Part shown: positions 19,341 through 26,900 of the stretch, one piece after another
How positions within the stretch are numbered: position 1 is the stretch's first letter
Layout of the letters: each line of letters begins with the position of its first letter
Assembly: GCA_963835575.1 (NCBI GenBank)
Contig: CAWIGG010000004.1
Location: forward strand, 704,001-768,000
Source: an uncultured Spirochaetota bacterium
GTDB taxonomy: Bacteria > Spirochaetota > Brevinematia > Brevinematales > JAOACQ01
Direction of reading: 5' to 3'
Length of the DNA: 64,000 bases
Notes under the pieces: model-generated
What the model saw: the letters and a program-made list of their open reading frames with translations, nothing else
What the model was told of the DNA's origin: nothing
The model's database searches: none
Made by a program: the position numbers and the translations under genes

Positions 19341-19440
19341 TCACGCAAAGGTGCAAAGAACGCAATGATATCAAACATATATAATTTACTTTGCGAACAC
19401 TTCGGCCAAAGCTCAGTGCAGGCTTTGCGGCTCTGCGTGA
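19341..19440. repeat. Inverted pair of 9-nt periodic repeats with an internal REP-like insert
   Basis: TCACGCAAAGGTGCAAAGAACGCAA ... CTTTGCGAAC[ACTTCGGCCAAAGCTCAGTG]CAGGCTTTGCGGCTCTGCGTGA. Confidence 0.7.
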
Positions 19441-19458
19441 AAAATAATTTTTTACAAA

Positions 19459-20283
19459 TTACTTATTTGTAAAATCCAGTTCATTTTTTACATTCGGGAA
19501 ATGATAGGTAAGCCCCGCTTCGAAAAGATTGTTTTCAATCAGGGATGGGGAAAAGCTGAAAAAGTACTCCATCTGCTCTAACTTTTTAGTGATTCCAATT
19601 GTGAAGAGTTCGTAGATGGGATAAATAAGACCGAACCTGGTAATGAGAAAAAGCTGAAAGTCTCTTACATAGTTCTGGAAAGAGGAGAAAACTTTTATGG
19701 TCTGGTTATCGGAAATCTCATAAAAACCTTTTAAATTTACAGTAATCTTATCGATAGAAAAATGAAAGCCGTAACCTATGATTGAAGTGAATGATTCGTC
19801 TAAATAATTGACGCCGCCGGAAAACTGCCCGACGGGGGAATTATAGGCAAGCAGGCATTCGGATATGAATTGAAGGTCATTATAGTAATTATCACCGATC
19901 TGCTGATATTTTAATCCGGCGGAGCCTTCTATGTAAAAAGGATCAACAGGCAGTGAGGCGCCCATGGCGAAAGAATATTGATGACCTTCCACACGGTAAG
20001 TGTCCTTATAGGCAAAACCGTCGGAGTTTACAAAGTCGAATGAGCCGAGGGATGTATATTGAAAGGAGAAAGCGTAGTCAAGTTCATTATTCGCTATGGG
20101 AAGAAAAGAGAAGAATCTTCCTTTAATATCCCACATATCGCTGTAAAGCCGCTGGAACGATAATAATACCGATGAATCCTCTGATGACGGATATTCCCAC
20201 AGATTGAGGATTGAAGCTTGCAGACTTGTAGAGATGATGAAAATTAAAATTATTTCACCAATAATTTTTTTGTAACCTGCCAT
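19459..20283 (-). CDS. Putative outer-membrane beta-barrel, PorV/PorQ-like
   Basis: Signal peptide; amphipathic aromatic beta-strands; FQYTSLGSFDFVNSDG...YSFAMGAS...GLKYQQIGD; near-terminal strand FEAGLTYHF. Confidence 0.5.
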   Translation of the reverse strand: MAGYKKIIGEIILIFIISTSLQASILNLWEYPSSEDSSVLLSFQRLYSDMWDIKGRFFSFLPIANNELDYAFSFQYTSLGSFDFVNSDGFAYKDTYRVEGHQYSFAMGASLPVDPFYIEGSAGLKYQQIGDNYYNDLQFISECLLAYNSPVGQFSGGVNYLDESFTSIIGYGFHFSIDKITVNLKGFYEISDNQTIKVFSSFQNYVRDFQLFLITRFGLIYPIYELFTIGITKKLEQMEYFFSFSPSLIENNLFEAGLTYHFPNVKNELDFTNK

Positions 20284-22205
20284 AATGAGTCACCTGTATT
20301 TTTCTTTTTAAATACGGCCAGATAGATACCTTTTTTCAAGCTTGTCTCCCAGATGATCATCCCGTTTGTTGATGAGGAAAATGTTTTAAGGCAATTTCCC
20401 TGAAGATCGAGAAAAGTTATTGAAACATCTTCCGGCAGATTGGCGAAAACCAGGGATATCTTCTGGTTTTGAGGCAATGGGTTCGGATATACAATAACAT
20501 TGTTCAGATTTTCTTTCTGAGAAGGCAGATTCCATCCGGAAAGGCCCCAGAGAAATTCAGCTGTAATCGTTTTAGCCGGGTTTTCATCCTGATAAACAAC
20601 CTGGTTTTTGGAACCGTTCTTTACATTAAGAATTCCGTCAAACTCCTTCCCGGGATTTACAGTGATAGGAAAAGAGCCTTTAAAATAGATGCCGTAATTT
20701 GAAAGTATGATCCCTTCCCTGTCGATTTCATTCCTGATGAGGACCGGCGCCGCTGGGTTTGTATTATTGCTGTCTATTAAAAATATTATATTAGTATATA
20801 AACCGGTGACGCTCTTTACCCAGAGGAGTCCCTCATCGCTGCCGTTATTCATGCAGAATGAGGCTTTCTGTTTTTTAAAAACTAAGCTGTAATCAGGATC
20901 ATATACGGCGTTTGGGATTCTGACAATGGCTTCATCCATAATAGACATGGATTTCCCGGAAGGGGCGTTATTTCCGGTCCCGTCCTGAAGCAGATCATCG
21001 GTTCCGTATTCCACTTCATCTAGGATCCTGCCGTCATGATAGGGATGACCGTCATAGAGCGTTATGACCGCGTTATTGGCAACACCGTCCTCAGGTGTGA
21101 TAATGAGATAACCGTAATTTGATATAACGCCTGATTTTCCGCCCATTCCTGAATTTGTCCTGAATGATATCTTTTTAACTGTCTCTGTCTGTTTACTTTT
21201 GTAAAGAATGAAGCAATTTGATAAATTAACCGGACTGTCGCTTCTATTGACCAGTTCAACCCACTCATCGGTTGAATCGATAGTCCCGCCTCCGCCCTGA
21301 CCTGACCAGCCCCCTCCGCTGTAATCGGTCTGCGGATCAGATACAATTTCATTGATTAAAATATTCTGATAATTTGAAGAAAACGGTTTTTTTTCCAGAT
21401 AGCGTAGAAGGTATGAATTGCTTTCATAAGAAAAAAGAATATCGCTTCCATGGCTTAAACCTCCGGGCGGATAAAAGGATGCGGATAATGTTTCTGGGTC
21501 AGACCTGGTCAGTGTAATTTTATAGTTTAATGCATTTGCCGGGCATTCCACACTCAGTATAATACTGCTATTTGAATAATAAGGATTTTTATAAAATATT
21601 GGAACGCTTTCTCCTTCTCTCACGATGGGCCTTTGAGAGAAAATGGAGGCGTAGTTATTGATACCGGGCGAAAGTTCTGTAATGGAATAACCTTCCCCGG
21701 TAAAAGATAAAGATTTTCCGTCAGAGATGCTGCTTTCCTGCGGAATATAATAATTCCCGCAATTAAATAATGATATATTATTGGTATAAAGCTGTATAAG
21801 GTGCAGTCTTCCGCTCCATGACCATCCGATGAAGCTTTGATTTTTCGGCTTGAGGACAAGAGTGCCGGGAGAGAAGCAAAAAAGGCCGTTATATTTTGAT
21901 AAGATGACAGCATAGGAATGAGGAGGCAATATCAGGGAGTTTGTGATAACATTGGTTTGACGGATTTCAAATGTCCCGGTCAAAACGCTTAAGTTTGTTG
22001 TGATTGTATCGCTTCTGGGGATGGATATTATTAAATTAGAGAGGGGAAAAGGATTATCAGTTTCATTATAGATTTCGATATACCTTTCATCAGATGAAAT
22101 ATAATTGTTTCCCCTGTAAAATATCTCGGTGATTTGAAGAGGGAAGCCCATGTTTTTTAATATTGTGAAATTGATAATTATAAAAAAAACAAGCCGGATT
22201 TTCAT
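20250..22205 (-). CDS. Exported protein with two lamin-tail-like domains and a T9SS type A-like C-terminal domain
   Basis: ITEIFY...YIEIYN and ILINEIVSDP...DEWVELVN; C-terminus VIVYPNP...LDLQGNCLK...KGIYLAVF...VTKKLLVK. Confidence 0.8.
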   Translation of the reverse strand: MKIRLVFFIIINFTILKNMGFPLQITEIFYRGNNYISSDERYIEIYNETDNPFPLSNLIISIPRSDTITTNLSVLTGTFEIRQTNVITNSLILPPHSYAVILSKYNGLFCFSPGTLVLKPKNQSFIGWSWSGRLHLIQLYTNNISLFNCGNYYIPQESSISDGKSLSFTGEGYSITELSPGINNYASIFSQRPIVREGESVPIFYKNPYYSNSSIILSVECPANALNYKITLTRSDPETLSASFYPPGGLSHGSDILFSYESNSYLLRYLEKKPFSSNYQNILINEIVSDPQTDYSGGGWSGQGGGGTIDSTDEWVELVNRSDSPVNLSNCFILYKSKQTETVKKISFRTNSGMGGKSGVISNYGYLIITPEDGVANNAVITLYDGHPYHDGRILDEVEYGTDDLLQDGTGNNAPSGKSMSIMDEAIVRIPNAVYDPDYSLVFKKQKASFCMNNGSDEGLLWVKSVTGLYTNIIFLIDSNNTNPAAPVLIRNEIDREGIILSNYGIYFKGSFPITVNPGKEFDGILNVKNGSKNQVVYQDENPAKTITAEFLWGLSGWNLPSQKENLNNVIVYPNPLPQNQKISLVFANLPEDVSITFLDLQGNCLKTFSSSTNGMIIWETSLKKGIYLAVFKKKNTGDSLWQVTKKLLVK

Positions 22206-22212
22206 TTTATCC

Positions 22213-23046
22213 TCAAAGTCTTTTCAGCCAGAATGAGGCTTTTTCTCCATAGGATGTTTTGGAGAGTTCCCTGTCCATGACAATCTGAGAAAACATCCTT
22301 TTTGCCTCTTCTTTGTTATTTTCATCCTTGAATTTCATTCCATAGGAAAAATATGACATGGCCAGTTTATTAATAATGGCCTTTTTTGCGGCCTCTTCCT
22401 GACGGTATGAAAGAGCCCTTGCTTTTGTCAATGCCCAGATAGCCTGCTCATATTCATTTGTATCCAGGAAAAGCTTGCCGTATTCATAAAAAGTCCAACA
22501 GTCCTGCTTTAACTGCAGGGCTTTCTGAAAATAATAGCGGGATTTTTCATAATCCGTCAATTCCCTGTATGTTTTTGCCAGACCGTTATAAATAAAAGGT
22601 TTCTCCTTTTCTTCAGATAAAGTCAGGGCTTTTTCATAGGCGGGAAGAGCATTGCTGAAATTTCCCAGTTTATATTCAATAGAAGCAAGTTCTGTTAAAA
22701 CATAGGGATTTTTATCAAAATAATTAGCTGCGTTTGTTATAACTGTCTTCGCCTTATCAGGCCGGCCGGATTTATCATAGGACTGGGCCAGTTTAATATA
22801 AAAAGCGGATTCATCAGGTTCCAGATTAATGCATTTTTGATATAAAACGGCGGCGTCATCATATTTTTCTTTTTTTAAATAGCAGCCGGCTAATAACGAC
22901 AGATAGAAAGTATTTGTAGGATTATCTTTTAATTTCTTCAGAATACTTTTTTGATCGGTTTTTTCCTGAGAGTGTTGGAAAGAATAAAGTACTGTAGACA
23001 ATGAAAAACAGAGAATAACTATTATAAGAATTTTCATATTTTCCAC
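22213..23046 (-). CDS. Tetratricopeptide repeat protein, exported
   Basis: Signal peptide; repeated LA..Y...G.Y..A...Y.KAL TPR units. Confidence 0.88.
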   Translation of the reverse strand: MENMKILIIVILCFSLSTVLYSFQHSQEKTDQKSILKKLKDNPTNTFYLSLLAGCYLKKEKYDDAAVLYQKCINLEPDESAFYIKLAQSYDKSGRPDKAKTVITNAANYFDKNPYVLTELASIEYKLGNFSNALPAYEKALTLSEEKEKPFIYNGLAKTYRELTDYEKSRYYFQKALQLKQDCWTFYEYGKLFLDTNEYEQAIWALTKARALSYRQEEAAKKAIINKLAMSYFSYGMKFKDENNKEEAKRMFSQIVMDRELSKTSYGEKASFWLKRL

Positions 23047-23110
23047 CCATTTTTAAAAAAGCGGGTTTATTTTAATTAAGTAGATAAAATATATCTAATA
23101 TTTAAATAAG

Positions 23111-23137
23111 AAAAGGCGAAGTAAAACTTCGCCTTTT
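23111..23137 (-). terminator. Rho-independent terminator after hsp20 cluster (potentially bidirectional)
   Basis: AAAAGGCGAAGT-AAA-ACTTCGCCTTTT. Confidence 0.8.
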
Positions 23138-23155
23138 TACTTAAAGATTATTAAA

Positions 23156-23494
23156 TTACGCTGCTTTTACCTCGATTTTTTTAGATTTGGCCTGTTCCGA
23201 CTTTTCCAGTTCCACGGTCAGGATACCGTTTTCATACTTTGCCTGGATGGAATCCTTATTTACTTTTTTCCCTACGGTGAATTCCCTCCTGTAGTCTAAA
23301 AGAGCGAACTCAGTCGAAACAGGCGTCCATTCCTTATCAACTTCCATCACTTTTCCCGAGATCTGAAGTTCATCCCCGTCGCAGTGGATCTCGATCCCTT
23401 CTTTGGATGTACCGGGCATATCCAGCGTTAATATGAATCTGTCCTTTGTTTCAAAAATATCAACGGGCGGGATCAGGTATCTTTTGTCTGACAT
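23156..23494 (-). CDS. Hsp20/alpha-crystallin family protein
   Basis: PPVDIFE...LDMPG...AKYENGILTV...KKIEV. Confidence 0.93.
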   Translation of the reverse strand: MSDKRYLIPPVDIFETKDRFILTLDMPGTSKEGIEIHCDGDELQISGKVMEVDKEWTPVSTEFALLDYRREFTVGKKVNKDSIQAKYENGILTVELEKSEQAKSKKIEVKAA

Positions 23495-23507
23495 ATTGTC
23501 CTCCTCA

Positions 23508-23930
23508 TTATTTTACTTTAACTGTTATTTTTTTTGGTCTGGCCTCTTCCTGTTAGGGAATATTGACCATCAGCATGCCGTTCATCAGTTTTGCGTCAAT
23601 TTTATCGGTATCAGTTTCGTCATAAATCGTATAGCTTCTGGTAAAGTCAATATCAGACTTTTCCCTTCTGACCAGCTTGTGGTCCTTGTCTTCTATTGCG
23701 TCAATGGCTCTTTTGATGGAAACCGAAAGCCGGCCGTTGGAATAATCAACGGAAACATCGCTTAAATTAACGCGGGGGGCGAGAAATTGAAGCATCAAGC
23801 TTCTGCCGTTATCATAAACATTGGTCAGTTCAAGAAGCTTGCTTCTTACATTTTCTTCTCTAATGGGACCGAATAAATCATTGATAATGGATTGTATCCT
23901 TTCCATTTCATAAACCGGGTTATACAGCAT
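23508..23930 (-). pseudogene. Hsp20 family protein with premature TAA at 23553-23555
   Basis: The frame continues past the stop: ...NGMLMVNIP*QEEARPKKITVKVK*, ending at 23508 next to the RBS of the following gene. Confidence 0.75.
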
Positions 23931-23951
23931 ATTTATCTCCTCTTTCGTTTT

Positions 23952-23984
23952 AAAAAGGCAGGAAGGCGTTGAAGCCTTCCTGCC
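23952..23984 (-). terminator. Intra-operon terminator after first hsp20 gene
   Basis: GGCAGGAAGGC / GCCTTCCTGCC stem followed by a T-run on the minus strand. Confidence 0.75.
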
Positions 23985-24005
23985 ATGTAAAGGCTATTCA
24001 AATCT

Positions 24006-24461
24006 TTATGATACTTTTACGTTTATTTTCTTCGCTTCTGCTTCCGGGCTCTCTGGTATGGTTATTGTCAGGACTCCTTTTTTGTAGTCGGCGTCGATTT
24101 TATCAGCCTTGATGTTTTCAGGCAGAGTAATCGTCCGGCTGAATGATCCTGAGCTTCTTTCAATCCTGTGAAAATCTATTCCCTTTTCTTCATGTTCCTC
24201 TTCTTTCGAACCCTTGATGGTCAGCCAATTGCCTTCCAGTTCCACATTGAGATCTTTCTCTTCCACGCCCGGAATGTCGGCTTTGACAACGACGTTATTG
24301 TCTTTTTCATAAACGTCGACTTTGGGGTTCCAATCCGATCTCATCAGGTTTGTGGGAAAGAAATCATCATCGAAGAAGCGGCTGAATAAATCAGTAAAAG
24401 TATCCCCTGCCCCTCTGGTGCTCAGAGATGTCCTTTCAGGATTTCTTTTAATGATCTTCAT
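24006..24461 (-). CDS. Hsp20/alpha-crystallin family protein
   Basis: WNPKVDVYE, ADIPGV, RIERSSGSFSR, ADYKKGVLTI, KKINV. Confidence 0.95.
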   Translation of the reverse strand: MKIIKRNPERTSLSTRGAGDTFTDLFSRFFDDDFFPTNLMRSDWNPKVDVYEKDNNVVVKADIPGVEEKDLNVELEGNWLTIKGSKEEEHEEKGIDFHRIERSSGSFSRTITLPENIKADKIDADYKKGVLTITIPESPEAEAKKINVKVS

Positions 24462-24498
24462 ATGAACCTCCTTATAAAGTAATTTATAAATATATTTT

Positions 24499-24514
24499 AG
24501 CAGTTTTTATGCCA
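24499..24514 (-). promoter_or_regulatory. Putative sigma54 (-24/-12) promoter for hsp20 operon
   Basis: Minus strand TGGCATAAAAACTGCT = GG-N10-GC, about 40 nt upstream of the ATG. Confidence 0.65.
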
Positions 24515-24574
24515 AAGCTTCTGCATTATTATAATTATTTGTATTATAATAAGTTAAAAAAATTATTAGCTCAA

Positions 24575-26219
24575 CCCGCATTATTCATCTCACCCCCACA
24601 GAGGGTGTATTTTCTATAAAAAACTGCCCGGCTGTTCAAGCGGCCGCATAAATTTGTCAGTTAACCTTCCGTTTTTCCGTCCAATCCTTTCTAACTTTTC
24701 AAAAATCTGTTTTTTGCAGTTACAAGGGCGCAGTTTCCCCCTTCTTTAAGCGGAGTCAAAAACATCCAGAAAGGCTTTCATTACGCAAAGCTGTCCGAGA
24801 GCCTTTGAAATACCGCTTTTTCAGTGAAACTTGAGCAAAAATGCAGCCATACTCTCCGGACTGTTTCTTTTACCTGTACAGCAACTTTCAGAATTTTTAA
24901 CCGTATAGTGTCGGCTTGCGCTTTCTCATATTCTGTACCTTTCAATCCCTTCCTTAAGCGCTGCATGCATTGATAGGCAAAACCCGCAAGAATCAGCCGG
25001 AAATAATTTGCCATATATCGATGGCAGCTCAAACGGTCAAGATTCATATCCTTTTTCAGTTCCTTGATCCGGTTTTCCATATCTCCACGCTTCGCATAGA
25101 ATCTGTATGCATACCTTGCCTTTGAAAATTTCCAATTGGTTATCAGATAACGGGTGTCCTGTCCCAATTCATTGCAGCGTATCCGGGCGATAATCATTCG
25201 TTCTTTTTCCCAGCTTTGTGCACGGTATTTGAAATTCGTATGAAGCGTCTTTTCTTTCCCGCTTTTTTGAAAATATGTCTTTGCCCTGCGGGATAGCTTT
25301 CTTGTCCTCTTCTCCAATCTCCGGTAACCCTTTATTCCCAGAATATAATGGAGATCATTTTGTTCGCAATATTCGTATATCTTCGGGTTTTCAAATCCGG
25401 CGTCACCTCGCAGGATTATCCGGATCTCCGGTTGTCGCCTCCTTATTGCCAAAACAATTCTCCTGATCATAGCAAGCGCGTCCTTTGCCGGACCCGCGTT
25501 TCCCTGCCGCAGTTTAATCGCCGCAAGGTCTCCGGTATCTCCGTCACAAACAATCAGCGGTGAGTACATCGTTTGTTCATAAAAACCGTTGAACAGGCTT
25601 CCTTCCTGTTTACCATGCGTCGGATCATCCGTGCCGTCTATGTCAAGAACAACACTTTCCGCTTTACGCTCTATCAAGCTGTCAATGTACCAGTCCGTCA
25701 TACAGAAATCAAGCTTCGTTATATCCCGAAGGTTTATGCTGTTCTCAAGCCTGGACAGCGTCGGCTGGCTGGACAGGGTATCTCCGCTTTCAGGTAAACG
25801 CCCTGCCGCGAATTTAAACATCGGGTCATACCGTAATACTCCCGCGTCGTTGGTGTCTTCATACCCCATGATCATTTGGCTGACCCGTTGTCCGATCAAT
25901 TCACTCATTTCATGAATTATCCGGTCCTGGTCCCTGCAATCCTCAATACAACCGGATATTCTATTGATAATTCCGGTCTTTTTTAAGAGCCCGGATACCA
26001 GAAACAGCCCGCCGTCAGTGGATATGTCGCCGCCGTTCCAGTCCATCTCAATAGTCTTGCCTAAAAAGGCAAAACCGCTTGATTTTTCTTCTTGTTTATG
26101 ACATACTGTTTTCACCGCGTATCTCCTCTTTGGGGTATTTTTAGGTCGCAATTAATTATATCATAAAGAGTAAAGTTACGCGGCTTTTTTTATACTTTTT
26201 TTCAGGTGAATAATCCGGG
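24575..26219 (-). mobile_element. IS1380-family insertion sequence
   Basis: IRs CCCGCATTATTCATCT / AGGTGAATAATCCGGG; 5-bp TSD CTCAA (24570-24574, 26220-26224). Confidence 0.93.
24781..26115 (-). CDS. IS1380-family transposase
   Basis: GGDISTDGG, GYEDTND, SQPTLSRLEN, LDIDGTDDPTHGKQEG, RGDAGF, RGDMENRIKE; likely GTG start at 26115 after AGGAG. Confidence 0.95.
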   Translation of the reverse strand: MKTVCHKQEEKSSGFAFLGKTIEMDWNGGDISTDGGLFLVSGLLKKTGIINRISGCIEDCRDQDRIIHEMSELIGQRVSQMIMGYEDTNDAGVLRYDPMFKFAAGRLPESGDTLSSQPTLSRLENSINLRDITKLDFCMTDWYIDSLIERKAESVVLDIDGTDDPTHGKQEGSLFNGFYEQTMYSPLIVCDGDTGDLAAIKLRQGNAGPAKDALAMIRRIVLAIRRRQPEIRIILRGDAGFENPKIYEYCEQNDLHYILGIKGYRRLEKRTRKLSRRAKTYFQKSGKEKTLHTNFKYRAQSWEKERMIIARIRCNELGQDTRYLITNWKFSKARYAYRFYAKRGDMENRIKELKKDMNLDRLSCHRYMANYFRLILAGFAYQCMQRLRKGLKGTEYEKAQADTIRLKILKVAVQVKETVRRVWLHFCSSFTEKAVFQRLSDSFA

Positions 26220-26447
26220 CTCAATAATGATGGGAAATTATACCATAATGAATGAGTCGTAATGATACAATAGATTGAGCAGTATCATAATGCCTTGTGT
26301 GGTTTTGATTGGCGGATTCTTTTTGAAAGAATGTCTTTTGGGACTTAAATTATATTTAATCCTAAATTGAGTGATTTATTAATCTATAAAATATATAATT
26401 GCAGTTTCCAGCCACTTATTCGGTACCCGAACAATGTGGTGAGTTAT

Positions 26448-26546
26448 CAGACTGTGTGAAAAGTCGGTGTTTTGCATCGTAATTCTATATTGTTCGTTCC
26501 GTAACTTCAATAAATACGTGGCGAAAAATAGTTTTCACACAGTCTG
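26448..26546. mobile_element. 99-bp non-autonomous element (MITE) with perfect 15-bp terminal IRs
   Basis: CAGACTGTGTGAAAA ... TTTTCACACAGTCTG, flanked by TAT on both sides; a matching single end lies at 14808-14825. Confidence 0.75.
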
Positions 26547-26900
26547 TATATTGAACCATGGCGAAACATATCGAGTGAAATGAAGTGAAGAACTGCCCAT
26601 TAATAAGTTTTTTTAAAAATATTACTCAATTTAGGTGAAATTATTTTTAAATAGAAATACAATTAGTAATGAAAAAAGCAGGAAACACATACCGTATGCA
26701 AGCTGCAGTTTATTCCCCCCTTTTTTTGTTGTTATAATTATTGAATCTAACTCTGCTATGAAATATCTTAAACAGCACTTTTTTTTATTATAATCTTAAG
26801 AAAATTTATATGTCTAATTTTATATCCGAAATATTTTAATTAATTGACTTTTAAAAATATTCTGGATAATATTTTTCTTCACTATTTAAGGAGAACGGGT

